A stretch of 15,951 nt of DNA. Source: a virus. Numbering within the stretch: position 1 is the first letter of the stretch; each line of letters starts with the position of its first letter. The stretch lies in UHGV virus genome UHGV-0230172. One strand, 5' to 3'. Positions 1-8,372 of this stretch are shown here, piece by piece. The position numbers and the translations under genes are program-made. The notes beneath the pieces are model-generated. The model was not told the DNA's origin, did not search any database, and saw only the letters and a list, made by a program, of their open reading frames with translations.

Positions 1-183
1 AAAGTGGAATGTATCCATGGAGAACACTTTATCAGCCGGGAAATAATGCGGGCAACGGTGTTTAATTATATCGAATGTGATTACAATCGGTGGCGGCGGC
101 ACAGTTGGTGTGGCGGCCTCAGTCCGGAACAATTTGAAAACCAGAACCTCGCTTAGGCCTGTGTCCATATTACGTGGGTAGGA

Positions 184-1338
184 TCAGTCAGCGTACCATT
201 GCATCATTTCTCGTCTTCCTTCAAGGTAACGAGCATGGTTGTATGTACCACGAATGCTGTTTTTGTCCGTATGTGCAAGTTGCATTTCAATCCATGCACT
301 ATTGAATCCTTTCTCATGTAGAATAGTACTCATTGTATGACGAAAACCATGCCCGGTAGCTTTTTTGTCATAGCCAATCTTCTTCAAAACCATATTGACG
401 CTTGCATCGCTGATAGGCCTGTTAACATCATTTCTTCCGGCAAAGATGTATCTGTATCTTCCCGTCAGTTCTTTAAGGATTTGGAGAGACCGAATTGCCT
501 GATTTGAGAGGGGAACAATATGTTCCTTCCTCATTTTCATCCGGGTCGGAGGCACTTCCCATATTTTTTGGGAAAAATCGATCTCACACCATTCCCCCAT
601 ACGTAATTCTACGGTCCTCAGCCCTGTGAGCATCAACAATTTTGTAGCTTCACGGGTTACAATACTGCCGGTGTAGTTTTCGAGTTTGTACAAAAACTCT
701 GGTAGTTCAGGAGGAAGCAGGAATGGGTAATGTGTTCGTTTATGGCTTTTCATTGCTATAACCAGATCAGAGGCTGGATTGTATCGAGCCCTACCTGTAA
801 CAATGGCATACCGAAACACTTCACCACATCGTTGGCGAACTTTATTAGCTAGCTCGCAGGCTCCGCGGCTTTCAATACGCTGAAGAACTGCGAGAAGTTC
901 AAGAGGTTCGATATCACTGATGGGTCTGTTTCCAATGTAGGGAAACACATTATTTTTGAATGCTCTGTCGACATAATCAGCGTAGCTGGCCGACCAGCCT
1001 GAAACTTTTGCGTTGTACCACTCGGTGGCGATTGTGGCAAAAGTTCTTCCTTCAGAAAGGTTTTTCTCAAGATTTTCAGCTTTCTTGACTTCACCGGGGT
1101 CTTTACCATCGGCATGTATTTTCTTGGCTTCATCCCGACGTTTGCGAGCTTCAGCCAATGTAATAGTTGGATAGGTGCCAAATGATAGTTTCTTTTCCTT
1201 CCCTGCATAGTGGTACTTCATTCGCCAGTACTTTGAGCCGTTAGGATTGACCTGCAGGTAGAGCCCACCACCATCGGCAATTTTATAAATTTTATCTTTG
1301 GGTTTGGCTGTTTCAACTTGTCGAGCTGTCAGTGGCAT
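184..1338 (-). CDS. int: Tyrosine integrase, P4-type (site-specific recombinase)
   Basis: N-terminus MPLTARQVETAKPKDKIYKIADGGGLYLQVNPNGSKYWR matches the conserved N-terminal domain of P4-family integrases; C-terminal catalytic region has the R..HxxR..Y-type pattern (GHGFRHT ... RGTYNHARY). Track ORF begins at a TTG at 1365; the ATG at 1338 gives the canonical N-terminus. Confidence 0.9.
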   Translation of the reverse strand: MPLTARQVETAKPKDKIYKIADGGGLYLQVNPNGSKYWRMKYHYAGKEKKLSFGTYPTITLAEARKRRDEAKKIHADGKDPGEVKKAENLEKNLSEGRTFATIATEWYNAKVSGWSASYADYVDRAFKNNVFPYIGNRPISDIEPLELLAVLQRIESRGACELANKVRQRCGEVFRYAIVTGRARYNPASDLVIAMKSHKRTHYPFLLPPELPEFLYKLENYTGSIVTREATKLLMLTGLRTVELRMGEWCEIDFSQKIWEVPPTRMKMRKEHIVPLSNQAIRSLQILKELTGRYRYIFAGRNDVNRPISDASVNMVLKKIGYDKKATGHGFRHTMSTILHEKGFNSAWIEMQLAHTDKNSIRGTYNHARYLEGRREMMQWYAD

Positions 1339-1601
1339 CTGGGGGCCTCGCAATAGATTGACCAATATGTGCCCCTAAATAGGCCCCCAAATGTGACTTG
1401 ATTTACGTACCCCTGAGGAGAATCACGGCGACTATTTGAGTAACATAAGTAAGGGTATATACTGATTATAAAGGCTTTTTATGGGATATGGTAGATTTCA
1501 GGAGAGGTGTAAATGGTGTCCCCTGCAGACATCTACTTGAAGCGGCAGGGGATTGATTGGAATGGTGTTTTTTAGGTGTGAGAAATATTTTACCCGCTAT
1601 T

Positions 1602-1802
1602 TTACCCATTGGCGCGGCTTAAGAGCTTATTTTTGAATTCACAATGGTCACGATATAACCATCTTGCTCGCCCGTGGATAACTTTGGCTTTAGGCAGGTC
1701 TCCGGACTTAATCCGGTCATAGATGAAGGTTTTACCGAAGCCAGTATCGGCCATGATGAATTTCAAATCAACCAGGGAATCAGGCTGTAGTTCGTGTTGC
1801 AT
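1602..1802 (-). CDS. xis: Excisionase / AlpA-family DNA-binding protein
   Basis: 66 aa, immediately upstream of and co-oriented with int; helix-turn-helix-like core FIMADTGFGKTFIYDRIKSGDLPKAKVIHGRARWLYRD typical of AlpA/Xis-type regulators. Confidence 0.75.
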   Translation of the reverse strand: MQHELQPDSLVDLKFIMADTGFGKTFIYDRIKSGDLPKAKVIHGRARWLYRDHCEFKNKLLSRANG

Positions 1803-1845
1803 GAGTGCTATCTCCGAATAGGGAATCGAACCTGCAAATCAGGTA

Positions 1846-1868
1846 ATAAAAAACCGCCATCAGGCGGC
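1846..1868 (-). terminator. Putative rho-independent terminator upstream of xis-int
   Basis: Minus strand reads GCCGCC-TGAT-GGCGG followed by TTTTTTATT (plus 1846..1868). Confidence 0.4.
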
Positions 1869-2062
1869 TTGGTGTTCTTTCAGTTCTTCAATTCGAATAT
1901 TGGTTACGTCTGCATGTGCTATCTGTGCCCATATCATCCAGTGTTCATAGTAGTCGTTGATGTTCTCCGCTTCGATAACTCTGTTGAATGGTTATCCATT
2001 CAATTCACCTGTGACTCGGAAGTGCATTTGTGATTTCCCCAAAAGATGCTTGAGTGCGCTTC

Positions 2063-2362
2063 TTATTCGATTCGCACACCTGGTATTTCGCCTTTTGAAA
2101 TGGCTAAGTCATAAATTTGCGCAGCACTATACCCATCTCGCATCCATGAATCTAAGGCGCGAATAGCCTCGCTACGCTTTTTATCTTCTCTTTCATTTTT
2201 GATATCAACGAGGACATCAACGCAATTAAGGCATATGTGGATTTTGTCCTTACATTCGATCATGGCAGCTTTACCATGATTTCCGCCACACAGTGAGCAT
2301 AAATCTTCAGGGTCTGGCTGGTATTTCTGTAACGTTAAAGGGTTGAATGTTGAACAGGCCAT
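2063..2362 (-). CDS. Hypothetical Cys-rich protein
   Basis: ORF 2063..2374; start placed at the third ATG (2362, MACSTF...) because GGAGA lies 7 nt upstream. Contains CxxC ... CxxC (CSLCGG ... CLNC). Function unknown. Confidence 0.5.
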   Translation of the reverse strand: MACSTFNPLTLQKYQPDPEDLCSLCGGNHGKAAMIECKDKIHICLNCVDVLVDIKNEREDKKRSEAIRALDSWMRDGYSAAQIYDLAISKGEIPGVRIE

Positions 2363-2370
2363 AATCATCT

Positions 2371-2399
2371 CCATAAAACAAAACTCGCCGTAGCGAGTT
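2371..2399 (-). terminator. Putative rho-independent terminator
   Basis: Minus strand: AACTCGC-TACG-GCGAGTT stem-loop followed by TTGTTTTAT, directly upstream of the 2063..2362 CDS. Confidence 0.4.
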
Positions 2400-2519
2400 C
2401 AGATAAAAGAAATCCCCGCGAGTGCGAGGATAGTTATTGTCTTTGCTTTGTGCATTTGTCGCACTTTCGGCACCATCCAGATAGGCACATCCGTCCGCAA
2501 TTAACACATATAGGCCACA

Positions 2520-2798
2520 TCATTTTTCCTCTTTTGGTTTATGAATCTGAATGGTCATGCCGCTTTGAGTGGTGACTACAACGACAGAACCAGGCTGAAG
2601 GCTGTTAAGATTGAATGCTTCGTAAAACGAATCCAATGCCAGTGCTTTTTTATTCTTTCGGTTCCACCAACGCCATCCCTTGCTACAGGCTACACTGACA
2701 ATCCACTGCCCACTCCTGTAAGCCATATAAAACCAGATGAGCAAAACCTGAAGGAATGCTATCCAGTCAATAATCGTATATTTCGCGAAGGCGTCCAT
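2520..2798 (-). CDS. Hypothetical small membrane protein
   Basis: 92 aa; hydrophobic N-terminal segment IIDWIAFLQVLLIWFYMAY; start overlaps the stop of the upstream ORF (TAATG), suggesting translational coupling. Confidence 0.55.
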   Translation of the reverse strand: MDAFAKYTIIDWIAFLQVLLIWFYMAYRSGQWIVSVACSKGWRWWNRKNKKALALDSFYEAFNLNSLQPGSVVVVTTQSGMTIQIHKPKEEK

Positions 2799-3094
2799 TA
2801 CTTCACCTCCTGCGGAGTAGCTTTTACAAGCACTGGTGTAAATCCATCTTCATTAAGGTTATGAATATAGACTTCTGTTCTCCTGCGCTCTTCAACGTTT
2901 AATATTGTTTCTGGATCATAAACCCATACTTTCATTCGACTATTCCATGAAGAAATCGCTTCAGATCTAGTTCGTTTTTCTGGTCCTTGGGCACCACATT
3001 TGCATGACACATAGCGCATTTTCCCTCTGATACTGAATGAGTATCCGATGTTAAGCACAGTGGAACCACAGAATGGGCAGCGATATAGATTCAT
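2798..3094 (-). CDS. Zinc-ribbon protein, possibly Lar-family restriction alleviation protein
   Basis: 98 aa; N-terminal CPFCG ... CKC zinc-ribbon pattern as I recall for Lar-family proteins; ATGA overlap with the upstream gene. Family assignment is from memory. Confidence 0.5.
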   Translation of the reverse strand: MNLYRCPFCGSTVLNIGYSFSIRGKMRYVSCKCGAQGPEKRTRSEAISSWNSRMKVWVYDPETILNVEERRRTEVYIHNLNEDGFTPVLVKATPQEVK

Positions 3095-3708
3095 AAATCA
3101 TCCACCTTAGGCGCAGCTGAGACAGCAACATTCCAGAACTCAGAAAACATATTGTATGCACCAGATAGATTGGAAGTGGCATACCCTCCAAGCTCACTTC
3201 TAATCTGAACGGCTCTCATCATTTCCGGTGTTAACTCCTTCGGCACCATAACCCAACCATCCGGAATTACCGGAGAGTTGCCCGACATCTCATTCAACTT
3301 GTAAGTTTGGCTTACAGGTTCGGCTTCCAGTTCTGCTATGCGCTTTTTTGCTGCTTCCAGCTCAACGCGCAGCCTCCCAACCGTAAGTGCAATATCCTCG
3401 TTCTCCTGGTCGCGGCGTTTGATGTATTGCTGGTTTCTTTCCCGTTCATCCAGCAGCGCCAAGACGGTAGCCGGATTGGCTGCGGCGATGAATTCAGCAT
3501 TGGCCTGCTGTTCCATTTGGAAATCTTCATCGAAACCGCTTTCTGGATGCGCTCCTTCAATTCTGCAAATGGGAATATATCCAGCAACTTCACGATGAAT
3601 TAACGCATCATCACCATCAAATCGGCTCTCTCCATATTCGATCGACCATACACCACACGTTGCTTTCTCTGCCTTTTCACGCAGTGCCTGATAATCAATC
3701 TTGCTCAC
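3091..3708 (-). CDS. Ea22-like (Ead/Ea22 family) protein
   Basis: GTG start at 3708 preceded by AGGAGG; gives MSKIDYQALREK... Contains AAANPATVLALLDERE plus a coiled-coil-like segment, as I recall for Ead/Ea22-like prophage proteins. Track ORF extends to 3801 but would overlap the upstream gene. Confidence 0.55.
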   Translation of the reverse strand: MSKIDYQALREKAEKATCGVWSIEYGESRFDGDDALIHREVAGYIPICRIEGAHPESGFDEDFQMEQQANAEFIAAANPATVLALLDERERNQQYIKRRDQENEDIALTVGRLRVELEAAKKRIAELEAEPVSQTYKLNEMSGNSPVIPDGWVMVPKELTPEMMRAVQIRSELGGYATSNLSGAYNMFSEFWNVAVSAAPKVDDL

Positions 3709-4012
3709 TGGCTGCCTCCTTTGCTGGGCTTTCGAACTTCTGAGTGGTTGTATCAAACTCAAGCAACTTAACCACGTCATCAAACAGGACATAATCGCCA
3801 TCAGAATCTTCAGTCATGTCAGCACCACAATCCTGACCGAACGAGTCACAACCATCCATATCAAGCTCGTATCGCTTGAGTTTTGCGATATTTGATAAAT
3901 TCAGCGCCAGTACAGCAAGGTCATAAACCTCTTCGGCGGTATATCCTGCACCATGCCCATACATTTCAATGCGCGATATGATTTCTTCTACTCGTTGTTT
4001 TGTGATTGTCAT
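3695..4012 (-). CDS. Hypothetical acidic protein
   Basis: 105 aa; ATG at 4012 preceded by AGGAGGAGGG; acidic C-terminal half. No family recognised. Confidence 0.55.
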   Translation of the reverse strand: MTITKQRVEEIISRIEMYGHGAGYTAEEVYDLAVLALNLSNIAKLKRYELDMDGCDSFGQDCGADMTEDSDGDYVLFDDVVKLLEFDTTTQKFESPAKEAASEQD

Positions 4013-4467
4013 TTTTGCCCTCCTCCTTTGCGAAGCTGGGCAGCAAAGTCACGAATAGTGCCATCAAGGTCTGGACACAACAGATTGTCAGCAAACATCT
4101 CAACCCCCTGCGCCCGTACTTCAGCCAGGAAAGCATCGGTGGCTGGGGTTTTGATTTCGTTAAGCGCATCACTGAATCCACCTCTCTCCATACCTAGCTC
4201 TGCTTCGTAATCGGCATCGAATGCAGCGTCTTTGCAGAACTTCTTCATCCCCGCACTCTCCGCTGCCAGCGCCGCGCACTTGGCCTCAAGGTTATCAATC
4301 GTGATTCCAGCAGAACGACACTCCCGCAACGCCGTTTCCAGTTTTGATTCAAGTTCACCGAACTTACGGACAAGATATTCAGCGTTTGTTTCGTTGACCT
4401 TTAAATCTCGTGGTATGCATTTACCTTTCAGAAATCCATCCATCTCAATTAGTGACATTAGTTTCAT
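4009..4467 (-). CDS. Hypothetical protein
   Basis: Track ORF starts at a GTG (4485); the ATG at 4467 ([11 protein letters not shown]...) overlaps the upstream stop as ATGA. No family recognised. Confidence 0.55.
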   Translation of the reverse strand: MKLMSLIEMDGFLKGKCIPRDLKVNETNAEYLVRKFGELESKLETALRECRSAGITIDNLEAKCAALAAESAGMKKFCKDAAFDADYEAELGMERGGFSDALNEIKTPATDAFLAEVRAQGVEMFADNLLCPDLDGTIRDFAAQLRKGGGQK

Positions 4468-4646
4468 TTCTTCCCACTCCGCCACATCGCATTCAGATAT
4501 TTGTTGTCATTAACAGAACCGAAACTATTTCTCTTAAGCAATTCCTCTCTCGATGGCATTGGCTTTACGCGCTGGCGAATAATCATTTCTGCCGGAAGAA
4601 TGCCGGGATTGTATGCAAGTCCTCTCATGGTAAATTCCTCAGTCAT
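4464..4646 (-). CDS. Hypothetical small protein
   Basis: Start placed at the ATG at 4646 (MTEEF...), just inside the upstream gene's stop; an alternative ATG at 4628 has AGGA 7 nt upstream. Start uncertain. Confidence 0.4.
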   Translation of the reverse strand: MTEEFTMRGLAYNPGILPAEMIIRQRVKPMPSREELLKRNSFGSVNDNKYLNAMWRSGKK

Positions 4647-4935
4647 TACTGATAGCGCCATAGCGTGATCGGTAATTACGCAGGCGCGGGTCGATATATT
4701 CAGGGAATTTGTCTATTGTCGCTTTTCGCAACGGTCTCATTGCTGTTTCGTTTGTTCGGTCCTTCTCATCTTTTAACGCGAGTTGTATATCGCGTCGGTA
4801 CATCCGTTCTGCTTTTGTTTCTGGTGGCAGATCAATAAACGTGTCGAAAATGTTTTTGATATTTTCCAGCACCTCCGCCTTGGAGCTACCGGAGCAATTG
4901 CGCGGGTCATCCGCACCATACTGAGGCGCTGGCAT
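4639..4935 (-). CDS. Hypothetical protein
   Basis: 98 aa; ATG at 4935 preceded by AGGAGA. No family recognised. Confidence 0.55.
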   Translation of the reverse strand: MPAPQYGADDPRNCSGSSKAEVLENIKNIFDTFIDLPPETKAERMYRRDIQLALKDEKDRTNETAMRPLRKATIDKFPEYIDPRLRNYRSRYGAISND

Positions 4936-4948
4936 GATTTTCTCCTGA

Positions 4949-5428
4949 TTAAATTGCGTGAATAGCGTGACGAGGGAAGGGGAGAGTTACTGGTTCCTCG
5001 TCTGGGTAGATAGGTTTGTTATGTTTGTGCCACTCGACATGACATGACTTGCAGAGCCACATCACATCGGTTGGTTTGCTGTAGTCGCAGTGGTTCGCCT
5101 GTGGTTTACATTCTGATCCGCAGCACTCACATTGTGGTGGTCGGATTAGCTTACCGTCGCGCAAAAAATTACCCACGATGATGTGGGCTTTTCTTTTCCA
5201 TGGGTTGCTCTGAATGAACCGCTTTTTGGCTGCGTTACACCGTTCTCTGCCGCGTTCCGATGATTGATATTCTCTCCTTGCTGATACTCGATGTGGCAAT
5301 CCCGCGCGCTCTTTGTCGTATTCAGCCAGGCAAGCCCGGCAAGCGGCAGTTAATCCATCTCTGGATGCTCTTCTGATTTGAAAGTCCCTTTCTTCCTTCT
5401 GTTGATGGCATCTTGAGCAGATTTTCAT
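4949..5428 (-). CDS. Cys-rich zinc-finger protein with HNH-like C-terminal motif
   Basis: 159 aa; N-terminal CSRC ... CRAC; C-terminal CECCG ... ANHCDY ... WLCKSCHVEWH resembles the HNH zinc-finger nuclease motif. AGGAG 7 nt upstream of the ATG. Confidence 0.55.
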   Translation of the reverse strand: MKICSRCHQQKEERDFQIRRASRDGLTAACRACLAEYDKERAGLPHRVSARREYQSSERGRERCNAAKKRFIQSNPWKRKAHIIVGNFLRDGKLIRPPQCECCGSECKPQANHCDYSKPTDVMWLCKSCHVEWHKHNKPIYPDEEPVTLPFPRHAIHAI

Positions 5429-5437
5429 ATTCAGCTC

Positions 5438-5908
5438 CTAGAACGGAATATCCGAATCGTCGAAGTTCATAGGTGGTTCGCTGTGATTTCCATGCTGCTG
5501 ATGTTGCTGTCTTTGTTGATGACCGTTATTTCGCTGAGGTGAAGACTGTTCATTGCCTCCTTGCTTGCCACCAAGCATTTGCATGGTTCCACCAACGCCT
5601 ACGATAACTTCGGTAGTGAACCTATCCTGTCCGCTTTGATCCTGCCATTTTCTTGTCCGTAATTTGCCTTCAAGATAAACCTCAGAGCCTTTTCGCAGAT
5701 ATTCGCTGGCAATTTCTGCCAGTTTCCCGCTCATTACCACGCGGTGCCACTCCGTCTGCTCCTTTTGCTCTCCAGTTTGCTTATCACGCCATTGTTCTGA
5801 CGTGGCAACTGTAAGGTTTGCAAATGCCGTTCCTGATGGTGAATAGCGCACCTCAGGATCTTGGCCTAATCTACCGATAATGATTACGCGATTAACTCCA
5901 CGTCCCAT
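5438..5908 (-). CDS. ssb: Single-stranded DNA-binding protein
   Basis: [26 protein letters not shown] ... TEWHRVV ... GQDRFTTEV ... GGTMQMLGG and C-terminal DDSDIPF tail closely parallel E. coli SSB. Start set at the ATG at 5908 (GGAGA upstream), not the track's upstream start. Confidence 0.92.
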   Translation of the reverse strand: MGRGVNRVIIIGRLGQDPEVRYSPSGTAFANLTVATSEQWRDKQTGEQKEQTEWHRVVMSGKLAEIASEYLRKGSEVYLEGKLRTRKWQDQSGQDRFTTEVIVGVGGTMQMLGGKQGGNEQSSPQRNNGHQQRQQHQQHGNHSEPPMNFDDSDIPF

Positions 5909-6419
5909 TTTTATTTCTCCTGCGAGTAATCCCTGCCTCAGCATCCTCTTTCCTGTGAAGTGATGCGTGCTCGGATATGGTAAGAAGTTGAAGGTTAGAA
6001 GGGTGGTTATTAAGTTTATTTCTATCTTTGTGGTGTACTTGCTCGTTTGGATTTAATCGCCTTCCAATCAGTGATTCCATGACAATTACATGCTCAGTGC
6101 GACCCTTGTGAGCACCCCGTGTGAATTCCTTATATCCCGCGCTATTTATCCTAAACCCTATGGCAGTTTTATCAGCTTTCATGAGCTTTGCAGCACTTAT
6201 ATTCCTCTTCCACTCTTCGCTAAAGAGTCTTTTCTTCCCTTTATTCTTCCCAAGCCTACCGTCACTTGCAGCCATGCGAACTCCATCAGTTCTATTTCGC
6301 AATACTCCAGCTTTCTTGCACTGATGCCTGACGGTTGATTTTGGAATTCCGGTAATTAAAGAAACCTGAGGAATGCTCATGCCAGAGGCGTAAAGCTCAA
6401 CTGCGCTTCTGCTTGCCAT
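5892..6419 (-). CDS. HNH endonuclease with N-terminal helix-turn-helix region
   Basis: 175 aa; canonical HNH motif [28 protein letters not shown]; sits between the annealing protein and ssb, overlapping the ssb start by 17 nt. Confidence 0.85.
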   Translation of the reverse strand: MASRSAVELYASGMSIPQVSLITGIPKSTVRHQCKKAGVLRNRTDGVRMAASDGRLGKNKGKKRLFSEEWKRNISAAKLMKADKTAIGFRINSAGYKEFTRGAHKGRTEHVIVMESLIGRRLNPNEQVHHKDRNKLNNHPSNLQLLTISEHASLHRKEDAEAGITRRRNKNGTWS

Positions 6420-7127
6420 TTATGCCGCCTGTTTTAGCTCGTTAACTCTGATGTTCATTACCTGAACGCATTTAGCCTGCGCCTCCTCGTTGCCAGCCAT
6501 TAATTGCCAGTCACGCTGATAACGCTCGATGAGTTTTTTCTTATCAGTTTCTGTTGACGCATAATCGCTGAAGTCTTTCAGGATTTGCTCGCAGTCAACC
6601 GATGGAGATTTCTGGTTGGTATTTTCTGGTGATGGTTTGTTATCTGATGCTGGTATTGCCCATCCCGGCAGCGATGGAGGGAACCAGTAAAATCCTGTTC
6701 CATCCTTGAGTTTTGCCCTGTGCCATCCCTGCTTTTTATCGAGAGATGTTTGTGCGAAACCTTCCTCAAGGTTATACAGATACCGACCGATTCCCCACTG
6801 AACGGCAGCGCGCTTCATTGCACCGGAACGACCACCTTTGACGGCTTCTACCTGCGTGTTTTCAGCAGCATCCCATTTGGTTACCCATTCGGAATCAATC
6901 TTTATTGATATGCCGCATTCAACGCCGCCGTTGTTGGGAATATCGCGGTATTCATTGCGCCATCCTGCTTTGCCGCAAACATCGTCCAGGCGTTTCATGA
7001 TTGCCCGGTTCGTGACATAAGCCAGCACCATAGCCCACACTTTGCCATCGCGTGTTTTACCGCTTTGCTGTATTCGCCATTCGATATCTTCAGGGCTGAA
7101 TGGCTCATCGAATTTATTCAAATCCAT
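6420..7127 (-). CDS. Single-strand annealing recombinase, Rad52/Sak-like
   Basis: 235 aa; motif GGRSGAMKRAAVQWGIGRYLY resembles the conserved core of Rad52/22-family phage annealing proteins; occupies the position of bet in lambda. Family assignment from memory. Confidence 0.6.
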   Translation of the reverse strand: MDLNKFDEPFSPEDIEWRIQQSGKTRDGKVWAMVLAYVTNRAIMKRLDDVCGKAGWRNEYRDIPNNGGVECGISIKIDSEWVTKWDAAENTQVEAVKGGRSGAMKRAAVQWGIGRYLYNLEEGFAQTSLDKKQGWHRAKLKDGTGFYWFPPSLPGWAIPASDNKPSPENTNQKSPSVDCEQILKDFSDYASTETDKKKLIERYQRDWQLMAGNEEAQAKCVQVMNIRVNELKQAA

Positions 7128-7135
7128 AATTCACC

Positions 7136-7306
7136 TCAGAATGGACACGGCCCAAGGAAATAACGCTGATTTAATACTTCGACTCGAGACAAATTAAGGC
7201 ATACCCGCATTCCTTCGCGGTCGCCATTATGGCGATACCAGAGAGCTTTCTGCGTGTACATACGTCTCTGTAACTTGCTCTCCTTCACTGTGGTTGCAAG
7301 TGACAT
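7136..7306 (-). CDS. Small ORF (56 aa), hypothetical
   Basis: Below the track cutoff; ATG at 7306 preceded by GAAGGAGAT; its stop sits 8 nt upstream of the annealing-protein ATG. Overlaps the 7227..7385 ORF in another frame. Confidence 0.3.
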   Translation of the reverse strand: MSLATTVKESKLQRRMYTQKALWYRHNGDREGMRVCLNLSRVEVLNQRYFLGPCPF

Positions 7307-7385
7307 GAATATCTCCTTCGTTACCGATTAATTCTTTCATCTGACGAATGAATTCTTCGTCTGACCAGTTATCTGTAAAACTCAT
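7227..7385 (-). CDS. Small ORF (52 aa), hypothetical
   Basis: Below the track cutoff; ATG overlaps the stop of the Kil-like ORF (ATGA). Acidic; no family recognised. Confidence 0.3.
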   Translation of the reverse strand: MSFTDNWSDEEFIRQMKELIGNEGDIHVTCNHSEGEQVTETYVHAESSLVSP

Positions 7386-7534
7386 TTCCTGCGATACCAT
7401 GGAAGGTTGATAGCTGATTTCATCGCTTTATTTGCTTCAAGCCACATTTTTGAATCACCAATAAATCTGGCTATTACTGCTTTGTTTTGTGCCGCACGAA
7501 GCATCTGGTGATTAATGGCTATTTCATTGCGCAT
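7382..7534 (-). CDS. Kil-like small protein (candidate host division inhibitor)
   Basis: 50 aa, below the track cutoff; start overlaps the cIII stop, as kil does in lambda; contains ARFIGDSKMW, which resembles my memory of lambda Kil. Unverified. Confidence 0.4.
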   Translation of the reverse strand: MRNEIAINHQMLRAAQNKAVIARFIGDSKMWLEANKAMKSAINLPWYRRK

Positions 7535-7653
7535 AACGCCTCCAGTTGTTTCTTTGCTGCTCTGATTAATTGTTTAACACGGCGTGATAATTCAGATTCG
7601 TGCGGGTAGAAAGCGGACATGACGCCGCTACCCGCGAGCTGAAAGTGCATCAT
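7519..7653 (-). CDS. cIII: cIII-like protein (FtsH/HflB inhibitor, lysogeny promoting)
   Basis: Start at the ATG at 7653 (AAGGAG 5 nt upstream): MMHFQLAGSGVMSAFYPHESELSRRVKQLIRAAKKQLEA parallels lambda cIII (AIAGWPVAGCPSESLLERITRKLRDGWKRL). Position after N matches lambda. Confidence 0.65.
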   Translation of the reverse strand: MMHFQLAGSGVMSAFYPHESELSRRVKQLIRAAKKQLEALCAMK

Positions 7654-7716
7654 GGGTAACTCCTTATATTTGATTGCATAACGAAAACGCCTCGAATGAA
7701 GCGTTATTGGTATGCA

Positions 7717-7743
7717 TATAAAAAGGCCCTCACACTGGAGGGC
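7717..7743 (-). terminator. Putative rho-independent terminator within the pL operon
   Basis: Minus strand: GCCCTC-CAGTGT-GAGGGC stem-loop followed by CTTTTTATAT. Confidence 0.45.
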
Positions 7744-7847
7744 AAAGAAGATTTCCAATAATCAGAACAAGTCGGCTCCTGTTTAGTTACGAGCGACATT
7801 GCTCCGTGTATTCACTCGTTGGAATGAATACACAGTGCTTATTTGTA

Positions 7848-8318
7848 CTAATAAAATACCCAATTTTCTGTTTCTTGGTTGTGTCCAAAGTTATATTCAA
7901 TATCTGGTGTTGATGTATCAATATTTTTCATCCCATCAACAAGAGTTGATACAACAGCCAAATCTTGTTTTATTCTCATTAAATGGTATTTCTTCCGGCG
8001 CAATAAACTTTCAATAGCAAGTTTCTTCGTTGGGAATGCAAAAGATCTTTCTGCATTTTTTGCTACTTTCTTAATTGCATATCTATTTCTCCTTTGTTTC
8101 CATTCCTGTAACCACTGATTTGGTGCTGGTTTAAAATTAACAATCCAATGCGCAGGAACCAACCATGCATAATGCTCTGTCTGATGAAAAGCTATATATT
8201 GAAGTGCGAATATTTTTATCCCATCTTCTTCAACTGTCGCCTGGAATCTCCAGAAAACAGGCATTCCATCATGTTCAGTTTCTGATTCAGGAAAAGGTAC
8301 GCTCCATGATTTTGTCAT
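7848..8318 (-). CDS. Hypothetical protein in AT-rich moron downstream of N
   Basis: 156 aa; ATG at 8318 preceded by GAGGTGAGAT; region visibly AT-rich relative to flanks; no family recognised. Confidence 0.55.
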   Translation of the reverse strand: MTKSWSVPFPESETEHDGMPVFWRFQATVEEDGIKIFALQYIAFHQTEHYAWLVPAHWIVNFKPAPNQWLQEWKQRRNRYAIKKVAKNAERSFAFPTKKLAIESLLRRKKYHLMRIKQDLAVVSTLVDGMKNIDTSTPDIEYNFGHNQETENWVFY

Positions 8319-8372
8319 ATCTCACCTCAAATAAGTGGTTTGCTGCGAAAGTAAATACGCTTAAGTTACCTG

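Noticed and set aside
1-183. Searched for a tRNA gene or att core downstream of int
   Set aside because: No tRNA-like structure or recognisable att core by eye; the prophage boundary cannot be placed from this window alone.
849-1208. 119-aa minus-strand ORF inside the integrase gene
   Set aside because: Alternative frame within a confidently identified integrase; no start context.
1794-2507. Plus-strand ORFs 1794..2033 and 1957..2166, and minus ORF 2307..2507
   Set aside because: They span the xis start, two terminator hairpins and the antisense of the 2063..2362 gene; no SD and the whole arm is transcribed leftward.
2541-4965. Plus-strand and alternative-frame ORFs across the early-left accessory genes (2541..2864, 3307..3603, 3336..3593, 3338..3598, 3701..3895, 3953..4210, 3966..4181, 4006..4197, 4232..4513, 4410..4652, 4709..4924, 4783..4965)
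   Set aside because: Each overlaps a minus-strand gene that sits in a tightly coupled operon with SD-preceded starts; their translations are Ser/Leu-rich or low-complexity.
6090-7020. ORFs antisense or out of frame within the HNH and annealing-protein genes (6090..6338, 6121..6324, 6578..6769, 6720..6908, 6838..7020)
   Set aside because: The HNH and Rad52-like frames carry clear family motifs; these alternatives do not.
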